IMG/VR virus record: IMGVR_UViG_3300032053_011398
Origin: a virus
Length of the DNA: 64,000 nucleotides
Reading direction: 5' to 3' (one strand)
Shown: piece by piece, positions 56,048-64,000 of the stretch
Layout of the letters: each line of letters begins with the position of its first letter
Position numbering within the stretch: the first letter of the stretch is position 1
Notes under the pieces: model-generated
What the model was told of the DNA's origin: nothing
Databases searched by the model: none
Seen by the model: only the letters and a program-made list of their open reading frames with translations
Program-made: the position numbers and the translations under genes

Positions 56048-56781
56048 CAGTCAGCTCCAGGGGCCTCCAAGAGCCGGTCGGCGATGTCCTGGATCGACGC
56101 CCTGCCGTCCAATTGCTCCATCGCGGGCTGCATTGGATTGATGGCCGCTTTGGAGGGGACGCCACAGGCTTTGGGAGGCAGCTTGACTCGTTGACGGAAA
56201 TTCATTCGGCTCGGAGGAGCACCGCCGAGGCGGCGGCGAAGAGGCATACCCCGGCCTGCCCCCGCCATGCCCAAATCCTCCTTCATGGCCTTGTCCGGCT
56301 GTTCGCCGTCCTTGGTCTTGCCGACGCCCTCGTCCTTCTTCTTGCCGAAGGAGCCTTTGTTCTTGCAGAAGCCGCATTGGCAACCGGCTTTATGTCCGCC
56401 TTCGGACAGCAGCGCAGCGACATCAGTGTCGTCGCCGTCGATGAGCTGGCGCAAAGTCTCCTTCATGGCCTCCTTGCTGATTGCTTCGCCCTCGTCCTCG
56501 CTCTTGCCCTGGCCGGTGGTCGTGGCGTCCTTGCCGCTGGTCGGCGCGTGCGATGGGGCCGCAGCCACGGGGGCGGGAATCGACCCCGAAGGTTGCTTGT
56601 AAGCCTTCTTGACGGGTTCGCCCTCGTCCTCGCTCTTGCCCTGGCCGGTGGTCGTGGCGTCCTTGCCGCTGGTCGGCGCGTGCGATGGGGCCGCAGCCAC
56701 GGGGGCGGGAATACCGTCTTCGCTAACCCTGCGAGCGTGCCGGGCATCGTCCAATCTCGAAATGAACTCGAATGCTTTCAT
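56047..56781 (-). CDS. Low-complexity protein, putative prohead core/internal protein
   Basis: Start MKAFEFISRLDD..VSE at an ATGA overlap; several LxE sites; 32-aa duplication; H..GCQCGFC. Confidence 0.7.
   Translation of the reverse strand: MKAFEFISRLDDARHARRVSEDGIPAPVAAAPSHAPTSGKDATTTGQGKSEDEGEPVKKAYKQPSGSIPAPVAAAPSHAPTSGKDATTTGQGKSEDEGEAISKEAMKETLRQLIDGDDTDVAALLSEGGHKAGCQCGFCKNKGSFGKKKDEGVGKTKDGEQPDKAMKEDLGMAGAGRGMPLRRRLGGAPPSRMNFRQRVKLPPKACGVPSKAAINPMQPAMEQLDGRASIQDIADRLLEAPGAD
56485..56712. repeat. Exact 96-bp direct repeat (56485-56580 and 56617-56712)
   Basis: Identical nucleotide copies encoding IPAPVAAAPSHAPTSGKDATTTGQGKSEDEGE. Confidence 0.9.
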
Positions 56782-57350
56782 ATTGGTAATTGACTGAGAT
56801 GGCTGTGAGCACGCTCGATCCAAGCTTGAAAATCAGCGGCGCTCATTGTTCTTTTTGCTTTGTTACAGATTTCGCAGCAAGCCACACTATTCTCCGGCGT
56901 GTAGCCTTTGGTATTATCTACGCGGTCAATACCATTGTAATGGATCGAGCCAAACATGCCTATACGACCCCGGACATTCTGAGGTTCAGCACCACAGTAG
57001 CGACAATCGGAGAAAATCAATCGAACCACGTCCTCGCGGGTAAGCGCAAAGTCGAGTTGACGCTTTCTGGCAGCTTGAACATAGGTGTTTACGACCGAAT
57101 TGATCGCGTGCTCACCCGGTGCTTTACGGCGAAGTTTGCCAGAATTTGATGCTTTTTCACGCTGAAGACAGCCGCAGCTTTTTGTGCGCCCACGAGACAA
57201 AACAGAAGGCCGCGTGACTGTAATTTTTCCGCAAGCGCACTGAAGTTCGATTTGGCGGAGGATTTGGCCCCCACTAACCGTCCTTTCAAGTTCTCGAAGC
57301 ACGGTTAACCGTCCAAACTTTTGTCCAGCATTTATCTGTAACCCATTCAT
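56778..57350 (-). CDS. HNH homing endonuclease (CxCG/SCGC family)
   Basis: GQKFGRLTV, CACG, TKSCGC, CRYCG, NGIDRVDN..GY..NSVACCEICNKAK. Confidence 0.85.
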   Translation of the reverse strand: MNGLQINAGQKFGRLTVLRELERTVSGGQILRQIELQCACGKITVTRPSVLSRGRTKSCGCLQREKASNSGKLRRKAPGEHAINSVVNTYVQAARKRQLDFALTREDVVRLIFSDCRYCGAEPQNVRGRIGMFGSIHYNGIDRVDNTKGYTPENSVACCEICNKAKRTMSAADFQAWIERAHSHLSQLPI

Positions 57351-57967
57351 TATGGCACACTTACGATCATTGAGTCGATATTTACGGGGTAATACCTATC
57401 AATTTGGAGGGAGAGCTGGCAGTCCACCTTGCCGCTGGTGGTCATATCAGCATCCGAAAACTTGAAGCCCTTCAAGAGCACGCCTTCCAGGTAATACTTC
57501 AAGCCGTTTTTCATCGTATTGGGCATCGACTGGGGCACACCACGGATGTCCGCGTTTTGCGCGACCTGGTTGGGGACAATCCAGGTGAAAAACCCATCCG
57601 ACTTGACGAAGCTGGTCAAGCCCACGCCGCCTGTGAGCGGATTTCGGATGAGCCAAAACCACTTTTCCAGCGCCGTGGCAATGTCAGCGGCAAAAGCGTA
57701 GCGAACAGGAATTTCCACGGCGGGTGTCGGGGTGTCGCCGCCAATCAGAAAGTTGGTCTGTTGCATGTATTTGACACCGATGACTTCGATGCTGCGCTCC
57801 GGGAAAGGAAACTTCTCCACCGCGAACTCGACCTGATCCGTCCAATTCATGCGGAGAGCTTGGGGCAGATTGAGCGTGAACTTAAACAGGTCTTGGCGCT
57901 GCAAGTCCAGACCTTGCCCCTGTCCGGCTTGCCCGCCGAACGTGTTCTTGAATAGCATTCTGCTCAT
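57350..57967 (-). CDS. Tail tube protein (gp19-like)
   Basis: Directly follows the sheath gene; tube-fold pattern (FKF, FP.R, W, YYLEG, L.ID). Confidence 0.75.
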   Translation of the reverse strand: MSRMLFKNTFGGQAGQGQGLDLQRQDLFKFTLNLPQALRMNWTDQVEFAVEKFPFPERSIEVIGVKYMQQTNFLIGGDTPTPAVEIPVRYAFAADIATALEKWFWLIRNPLTGGVGLTSFVKSDGFFTWIVPNQVAQNADIRGVPQSMPNTMKNGLKYYLEGVLLKGFKFSDADMTTSGKVDCQLSLQIDRYYPVNIDSMIVSVP

Positions 57968-57972
57968 AAATC

Positions 57973-60192
57973 TTAGCCAGTTACGTTAGTGAGGTCTGCG
58001 CCCGATTCGCGGACAACAGCGTTGATGTAGATACGCTCCACGGCGTCAGTCGGCACGACGTAGAGATCGACAATCACTTCGCGGCGGTTCCGAGTCGTGG
58101 TGCTGTTGTTCGATTCGTCGCAAACCAGGTTGTAGGCTTCGATGCCCCGCAGGTTCTTGACGCCATCGAGGAACTGCCTCATGGCTAGTTCCAGCGAATT
58201 GAGCAGGGTGAGGTCATTCGGATCGAAGACGAATCGGCGACCGATAGCCGCCAACCCCTGAACCACATACTCGACCAGAACGAGGTTGTGGATCGCGGTG
58301 AGCTTGCTCTCCGTTCGCTGGAGGGTGCGCTCGCCGTAAACCATGATGACCCCGTTGCGCTGGATGATGGGGTTGACCGCGTTGCCAGAGCCATACATGG
58401 CTTCCTTGGCGTTGTCGGACAGGCGCGGGAAAGTGACCGAAGTCGCTTCACTGATGACGCCACGGTTTTCACCGGCAGCGGCAGACCACGGCTGGTCGTG
58501 CAGCCAGGTGTAGGCCATGACCCGCAGAGCGCCGATGGTCGGCGGGCACAGCTTGGGCTGCTGGGTGAGCGGATCACTCATCGTGAACCAGTTCCAGAAA
58601 CACGCCAAATAGGCGGTGTCCATCTTGCCACGATCTTTGAACTTGCCCTGACCGTTGTGCCAGTCGATGGCATCCCACACGTTCAACGGCACCCCATTGA
58701 AGCTGAGGGGCACGTCAATCAGGCCAATGGATTTGGTAATGTAAGCCGTGTCGCGCAACTGAGTGTGGATCGGCAGCTTAGAGGCGTCCGGCGAAGTCTC
58801 GCCAGGAGCACAGAGGACAGTAACATATATGTTGTCCAAGTCCTCGAAGGACTTGATGCCAGTCAGGGTGTCGTCCACGGGATTGAGCTTGCCAACGAAA
58901 TCCTGAGCACGGGCAGCCTCGCCGTTGCATCCTCTATCGAAGGCCCCACCGGGAAGCGGCACGCCGTATTTCGCCGTGTTTGTCGGAGCCTGCGGCACCG
59001 GCGTGGACGGGGAGCTGTTCCAAGGATCGACCGTGTTGGCCGGGACATAGTTGCCCAGCATCTTGATGGTGATGTAGCTGGAAGGCGCGTTGGTATTGAT
59101 GGTATCCGCGAAGTCCAACGGAGGCGCAGTCGTGGGAAACTGAGCCGCGACGCCCAGGTTGTCGTAAACCTCGACCAAAGCCGAATCCCAATAGATGCTG
59201 ATTTTCTTGGTGCCCGCTTGAGTTCCTGGACTGATCTTGACCTGCAACCCGCCAACCGGATTCGAGTTGGTCGTGTTGGCCCAGGTGCCTTCGGTGAGTG
59301 CGTAAATGAGGGCTGCGTTGGTCTTCGAGCTGACCTTCTCGACCGTCGCGGCAGTGTATGTGTCCTGGAGCGGAAGCGCCTGGTAGCCACGTTCGGTGTC
59401 ATCCGTGGCCTGAAGTTCGATGGTTGCTGAGGCGTTAGAACCAGACCCGATAATGGGATTCGTTTTGGCGCAGTAAACTTCGTAGGTCGGAAACTTGCCC
59501 GTCTGGGTGATCCGCAGCAGGTCGCCCACTACAATATAGGTCGGATTGCTCGTGACCGAGAAATAGTAGTTGCCCTTTTCACCGGAAACGACACCAAGGG
59601 TGGGGATGGGGGTGTAACTGTAACCTTCCAAGACGCCTTGGGCCTTGCTGGCGGCGTTGGCCCAATAGCTGAACTGAAGCAAACCGTTCGCGTAGGTGTC
59701 CGGCAGGGTATCCGTGTTCAGCGTGACCACGGTGCCGGAGACGCTGAGCACCTTCGCATTGACAAGGCTCTTCTTGCCATCCTCGGTGATCTGGACGTAA
59801 TAGTTGCCAGTCGGGGTATAAGTCTGATTTTTGTCCACCAGCGGAGCCGCTGCGGTGTCAAAAGTCGTCGCACCGGAGGTTCCGACCACGGCACTGACAA
59901 TGTTTCCTGGCAGATCATTGTATAGCAACCCAACCCGCACAACTATAGAGCCATCGCTGTATGGCGCAACCACGCCCACTGCCGTTCCCAGGAAATAATC
60001 GCCGTCAATCGGCTGGCCGAAAAGGCGGACAAAATCCTGGAGAGTGCGAACCTGGGTCGGCGTGTTAAATGGGCCTTTGCTGGCGACACCAATCAAACCG
60101 GGGCGGAATCGAGCAGTGTTCGTGTTCACGAACGACTGGTCGATTATCTGGGTATAAACTCCCGGAAAGTTCTTTCGCTTAATCGTTGCCAT
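57973..60192 (-). CDS. Contractile tail sheath protein (gp18-like)
   Basis: FPGVYTQIIDQS, KGPFNTP, FVRLFG, PWSAAAGENRG, VNPI, YGERTL, FDPND, CDESNN. Confidence 0.92.
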   Translation of the reverse strand: MATIKRKNFPGVYTQIIDQSFVNTNTARFRPGLIGVASKGPFNTPTQVRTLQDFVRLFGQPIDGDYFLGTAVGVVAPYSDGSIVVRVGLLYNDLPGNIVSAVVGTSGATTFDTAAAPLVDKNQTYTPTGNYYVQITEDGKKSLVNAKVLSVSGTVVTLNTDTLPDTYANGLLQFSYWANAASKAQGVLEGYSYTPIPTLGVVSGEKGNYYFSVTSNPTYIVVGDLLRITQTGKFPTYEVYCAKTNPIIGSGSNASATIELQATDDTERGYQALPLQDTYTAATVEKVSSKTNAALIYALTEGTWANTTNSNPVGGLQVKISPGTQAGTKKISIYWDSALVEVYDNLGVAAQFPTTAPPLDFADTINTNAPSSYITIKMLGNYVPANTVDPWNSSPSTPVPQAPTNTAKYGVPLPGGAFDRGCNGEAARAQDFVGKLNPVDDTLTGIKSFEDLDNIYVTVLCAPGETSPDASKLPIHTQLRDTAYITKSIGLIDVPLSFNGVPLNVWDAIDWHNGQGKFKDRGKMDTAYLACFWNWFTMSDPLTQQPKLCPPTIGALRVMAYTWLHDQPWSAAAGENRGVISEATSVTFPRLSDNAKEAMYGSGNAVNPIIQRNGVIMVYGERTLQRTESKLTAIHNLVLVEYVVQGLAAIGRRFVFDPNDLTLLNSLELAMRQFLDGVKNLRGIEAYNLVCDESNNSTTTRNRREVIVDLYVVPTDAVERIYINAVVRESGADLTNVTG

Positions 60193-60260
60193 ACACGTTC
60201 ATTCTTTCTCTTTATCTACACTTCGTCATTTCCTGGTTTTGGGGTCGAATTTGTAAACAA

Positions 60261-61430
60261 TTACGCCAAATCCCGGCTCCAACTCGACCGGAACACCAAG
60301 GTCAACGTGTGCGAGTTGTCTTTGATCTGCGGGCTATCCAAAACGAAAACGTAAGCAGTCTGGATCGACGCAAAGAAGTTGTTCGGATCATGGTATCCAT
60401 AACCGAAACTTTGCATGTCCACCCGATTGGCCGTGCCCACATTGAAAACAGCGGTCACATCCACGTAAAAACTGTTGCTCGCGTAAACCGCCCGTGTGAT
60501 GGTATCGGCGTAGCCCACATTGAGATGGCGGTCAACCGCCGTGCCGAAAGTGGCTGGCGCGGAACTGTTTGGGGACAAAAAGACGCCCCAGTGGGTTTGG
60601 CCAGCATTGGAAGGTTCCGAAGTCAGCCTCCCGGTAACCTGAGAGTCACCATTTGTGTTCACCGTCCCCATGTAGGAAATTTGAGCCTGCTCAGTGCCGG
60701 TCGTGCCCGTCCAGCCGGAGATTGCTGCCGAGCGCGAAATAGGTGATCCGGGATTCAAGGTGATCCGCAGTTCGTAGGTGACGCGAAGTTGCTGGCCAAT
60801 GTCCACAAAAACCGGGCCGGGCAGGAGAACGCGAGCGAAAGTCGTGCTGGCACCCGCTGCGGCCCAGGAGAACCCGACTTCGGTGTAGTTCTGCGGGGCA
60901 ACCTCGATAGTGAAGTCGAAGGTGCGCCGAAATTGGAACTGATTGGCAACCTGGGCAGTGCCGCAGTTGCCGACGCCCGTCAACTTGGTGTTGGTGCGCT
61001 TGGTTTCGACCGAGAGGGCTGTGTCTTGGGTGTTGTATTTGATGAAATGGCCGCTGGCCGAACCCGTGGCATCCGTGTAAACCGTGCTGGAGCTGGAGTA
61101 GCTGGTGATAATGGCGCGGGTGCCGTCATCCCACTCCAGCTCGGCTCCGACATCGCTGGGATCGAAAAATGGTGCGTCGCTGGAAATGGTTCCACCGGCG
61201 AGTGTGGCGTTGGTGGTCAGGCTGTCCACGGAGGTTGGGCGAACGCCGGTGCCACAGATCGCATACTCGAAGCTGCCGACCCAAGTTCGAGTGGCAATGC
61301 CGTTCAAGCCGGTATTCAGGATCAGGTTCCTGATCCAGTCCGGGCCTGAATCACGGATGACCTTGCTGGTCTTTCCCTCGACTACCGCCCACTTCAGGTA
61401 GCCGCCTGCTGTCTGTGCTGTCCAAGTCAT
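60261..61430 (-). CDS. Tail/baseplate fibre-associated structural protein
   Basis: NLILNTGLN..CGTG, TEVGF..FARVLL, and C-terminal KDNSHTLTLVF; GTAGATA 4 nt upstream. Confidence 0.7.
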   Translation of the reverse strand: MTWTAQTAGGYLKWAVVEGKTSKVIRDSGPDWIRNLILNTGLNGIATRTWVGSFEYAICGTGVRPTSVDSLTTNATLAGGTISSDAPFFDPSDVGAELEWDDGTRAIITSYSSSSTVYTDATGSASGHFIKYNTQDTALSVETKRTNTKLTGVGNCGTAQVANQFQFRRTFDFTIEVAPQNYTEVGFSWAAAGASTTFARVLLPGPVFVDIGQQLRVTYELRITLNPGSPISRSAAISGWTGTTGTEQAQISYMGTVNTNGDSQVTGRLTSEPSNAGQTHWGVFLSPNSSAPATFGTAVDRHLNVGYADTITRAVYASNSFYVDVTAVFNVGTANRVDMQSFGYGYHDPNNFFASIQTAYVFVLDSPQIKDNSHTLTLVFRSSWSRDLA

Positions 61431-61437
61431 AATCTAT

Positions 61438-63000
61438 CTACGCATACGCGCCAACCAAAAACAGGCCCGCCATACTGCCGGAGGCGAACCAGGTGCCAGC
61501 ATTCGCAACCCTCATCGAACTCGTTCCGATCAAGAAAACGGCTGCGGTCGTGCCCGCATCGAAGTAACTACCGCTATCCACCGAAGTCATCATATAAATG
61601 CCCGTTCCGAAGACTGCGGCTGTCGTGCCGGTCTCGTAGTAGGTGCCAATATCGACCACGGTCGAGACATAGGTGCCCATCGTGAACAAGCCCACCACGG
61701 TTCCGGCCTCGAAGTAGGTGCCGCCCGGTTGCAACGTGAGGACGTATGCGCCCTCGGTGAGACTGCCAGAGGATGCCCCGTCATCGAAGAGGATAAGCTT
61801 CTCGTTTGCTCCGTAAAGGAATCCGCCGTAGGTAGTTCCAGCTTCCACGATACTGCCGTAGTTGACGACCGTTCCCGCTGGGTAAATGTAATCGCCAAAT
61901 AAGAAGACGCTTGCGGTCGTGCCGGTCTCGTAAAAGGTTCCCGCACAGCGGGTTACCTCCGTCAACGTCGCCAGGCCGTAGCCGGAGGTTGAGGGAATGC
62001 CGCCCAAAAAATAGGGGCTGTTCGTGTTGCTGCTGTTGAACCCATAGAGCAAATAGCCGTTGGGCTGGAGACTGCCGCTCAAGTAAACGTCATGCCCAGG
62101 GTAGGTGCCGTAGGTTGCGTGTCGTAGATTTTGTTGACATTCTTCATCTGGCGGCACGTTCTGCCGGGCCAGCATGGTCGCGTTGTCGTCGCGGAGCCTC
62201 AAGTCTTCGGTCTGTTGATCGAGAGCTTCGCCCAATTCGTCGGGGTTAGCTGACTGCTCCTGACCGCGAATGATGAGCGTCCAGAGGGCAGGCAAGAATT
62301 GGATGTCTTGGTCAATCGAGTAGCCCTCCAGGCAGAGGGTAAACGTGGTGCGAAACTCGACGTGTTTTTGGTCCTCCGGCTCCTCCAAGGTGGTGTTTTC
62401 GATGTCCCCCTCGATGAACATGCGGATTCTGTGGAGACCAATTCCAGGGTAGTGGATCAAAACCCAGCATTGGGGCGTGCCCCCCGTGATCCACATGGAA
62501 CGCATCAGCTTCTCGACGAAATACGCCTGCGTGTCCGGGCGCATGGCGTAGTGGTCGATCTGCCAACGGTAATCCCAAGCCATCGGGCGGTAGCTGACGG
62601 CCACGTTGGCAAGCTGGCAGCGGCCCACCGGATTCGAGACCGTGGGCCAGTTCATCTTCCGCCACTGATGGATGGAGTAATTCTGCTCCGGGCGGTAACG
62701 CCAACCACGCCGAAAGATGGAAATCAGGGGATAACGGAGGTTGGCCGGATACGGTTCGTAAAGAGGCTTACCCTGCTCGTCCTTTAGGTCGAACAGGTAT
62801 TTGAACGGATTGGCATTGCTTTTCCACAACTTGTCGAAGTTCCCAAACGCATCCATTGGGGTGGAGAAAACCACCGGGATGGGAAAGCCTTCACGCACAA
62901 AAAAATTGGAATACAGCCAACGCTGCAAAGCCAATTCATGGTAGCGCATTCCCGTTGCGCCTACGGTGCCTGGCCTTACACTTAGGGTTTCGTCTGCCAC
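61438..63000 (-). CDS. Tail terminator/sheath stabiliser (T4 gp15-like) with a C-terminal ~25-aa repeat extension
   Basis: IPVVF, YPLISI, PMAWDYRWQID, FRTTFTLCLEGY; GTG start at 63000 avoids overlap with the HNH gene. Confidence 0.65.
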   Translation of the reverse strand: MADETLSVRPGTVGATGMRYHELALQRWLYSNFFVREGFPIPVVFSTPMDAFGNFDKLWKSNANPFKYLFDLKDEQGKPLYEPYPANLRYPLISIFRRGWRYRPEQNYSIHQWRKMNWPTVSNPVGRCQLANVAVSYRPMAWDYRWQIDHYAMRPDTQAYFVEKLMRSMWITGGTPQCWVLIHYPGIGLHRIRMFIEGDIENTTLEEPEDQKHVEFRTTFTLCLEGYSIDQDIQFLPALWTLIIRGQEQSANPDELGEALDQQTEDLRLRDDNATMLARQNVPPDEECQQNLRHATYGTYPGHDVYLSGSLQPNGYLLYGFNSSNTNSPYFLGGIPSTSGYGLATLTEVTRCAGTFYETGTTASVFLFGDYIYPAGTVVNYGSIVEAGTTYGGFLYGANEKLILFDDGASSGSLTEGAYVLTLQPGGTYFEAGTVVGLFTMGTYVSTVVDIGTYYETGTTAAVFGTGIYMMTSVDSGSYFDAGTTAAVFLIGTSSMRVANAGTWFASGSMAGLFLVGAYA

Positions 63001-63047
63001 AAAATAGATACGGCCACTCGCGGCCAGCCGATAGCAGTGGAAAACGA

Positions 63048-63076
63048 TTGTCCTATTCACGATCCACGGGTATAGT
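63048..63076 (+). promoter_or_regulatory. Sigma70-like promoter TTGTCC-N17-TATAGT
   Basis: The expected +1 coincides with GTG 63084 (leaderless HNH mRNA). Confidence 0.55.
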
Positions 63077-63083
63077 GCGGATC

Positions 63084-63644
63084 GTGAATACGGAAATATG
63101 TCCCGGAGACTCGTTCCATAGACTAACCGTGGTGGGCAAATCATCTTTGAGCGCCCGCCGCGCCTGGCACTACGAATGTCGTTGCTCTTGCGGCGGTATC
63201 GTTTATCCGCTGGGATCAAGCCTGAAAAACGGTAACACTAAAAGCTGTGGATGTTTACAAAAAGAAGCGGCAAGAAAAAACGGGATAAAACTGCCGTTCG
63301 GTGAGTCTTCATTCAGAAAACTCTTTAGAGACCGGCAGCGCGAAGCGGTGCATAAAGGACGAGAGTGGGCACTAACAAAATCCGAATTTCGGTCCTTAAC
63401 CGCCTCTCCGTGCCACTATTGCGGCGTTCCTCCAAGGCAGTCTTACCACGGGATCGAAGCCTTCGGACCTTACATCTACAATGGATTGGACCGATTGGAT
63501 TCAAGCGGCGGCTACACCGCCAAAAACGTCGTGCCATGCTGCTGGACGTGCAACATGGCAAAAAACGCCCAATCGTTAACCGATTTCATCGCCTGGATTA
63601 AGCGGGTCCACTCTCGCCTAGCTTACTTTGAGAAGCAGGCTTGA
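63084..63644 (+). CDS. HNH homing endonuclease (CxCG/SCGC family)
   Basis: FHRLTV, CRCSCG, TKSCGC, CHYCG, NGLDRLDS..GY..NVVPCCWTCNMAK. Confidence 0.85.
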   Translation: MNTEICPGDSFHRLTVVGKSSLSARRAWHYECRCSCGGIVYPLGSSLKNGNTKSCGCLQKEAARKNGIKLPFGESSFRKLFRDRQREAVHKGREWALTKSEFRSLTASPCHYCGVPPRQSYHGIEAFGPYIYNGLDRLDSSGGYTAKNVVPCCWTCNMAKNAQSLTDFIAWIKRVHSRLAYFEKQA

Positions 63645-63896
63645 CTGGACTGGCACCTTAATGCCGTTGGCCGTCTCCACATCCACCCAGCCGGAACCCT
63701 TAGCTGAAGGTCCAGCCACTCTGACTTTTAGGCCCGCCAGAGAATACGTGGGATCGTCGATGACGGCAACCATCTCGCCCGCCTTCACGTCCATGTCTTC
63801 GGACAGAATAGCGTTGGCGGCTGCCCTGATCGTGTCAGGCTTCCTCACGTCGGCTTGCGCGACCGCTTCTTGGATCGTTGTATCAATGTTCTTCAT
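63618..63896 (-). CDS. Small SH3/KOW-like protein with a propeptide-like N-terminus
   Basis: CTAGTTA 6 nt upstream; AILSE followed by VKAGEMVAV..G.KVRV..WVDVE. Confidence 0.6.
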   Translation of the reverse strand: MKNIDTTIQEAVAQADVRKPDTIRAAANAILSEDMDVKAGEMVAVIDDPTYSLAGLKVRVAGPSAKGSGWVDVETANGIKVPVQSSLLLKVS

Positions 63897-64000
63897 GCGC
63901 TTTAACTAGCGCCCTTCGAGAGCGCCAACAGTATTGCCGTATCAACATCAGGATGCGGGTCAAACCAGTTCGACCCACGCCGAAGCAAACTCAGCAGAGC

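Noticed and set aside
56778-57350. HNH genes as group I intron-encoded ORFs
   Set aside because: Flanking genes look complete and abut or overlap the HNH ORFs, leaving no room for intron core structure.
1-64000. Stop-codon reassignment, tRNA or rRNA genes
   Set aside because: Core genes are full length in the standard code and TAA, TAG and TGA are all used as stops. No cloverleaf or rRNA-like segment was seen by eye; tRNAscan-SE and Infernal were not run.

Overview
64 kb of a large, GC-rich, T4-like (contractile-tailed, probably jumbo) bacteriophage genome. Virion genes: portal, gp25-like wedge, a giant wedge protein, gp5/VgrG-like spike, hub chaperone, tail tube, sheath, gp15-like terminator and fibre-like proteins. 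Replication/recombination genes: UvsW-like helicase, primase, gp47/SbcD nuclease, 5'-3' exonuclease, HU-like protein, and a winged-helix initiator beside four 21-bp iterons. Also present: a tandem GroES, a glycosyl-/methyl-/sulfotransferase cluster and six free-standing HNH endonucleases. The most notable signal is a set of apparent cargo polyproteins (272-5125, 16642-18588, 19014-20054). Their unrelated modules (Nudix, C39 peptidase, GNAT, Acb1-like 2H phosphoesterase, unknowns) are joined at T4 prohead-protease-like (L/I/V)-x-E sites, often followed by a shared acidic 'E..DD..(W/V)K(E/D)V' tag, suggesting capsid-packaged, protease-released effectors. Other highlights: a phosphatase inserted in the wedge protein, a NAGPA phosphodiester glycosidase on a virion protein, a Tat signal hidden behind a putative cleavage site, a candidate +1 frameshift and four recurrent DNA motifs. 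All calls come from reading motifs by eye; no database searches were run.
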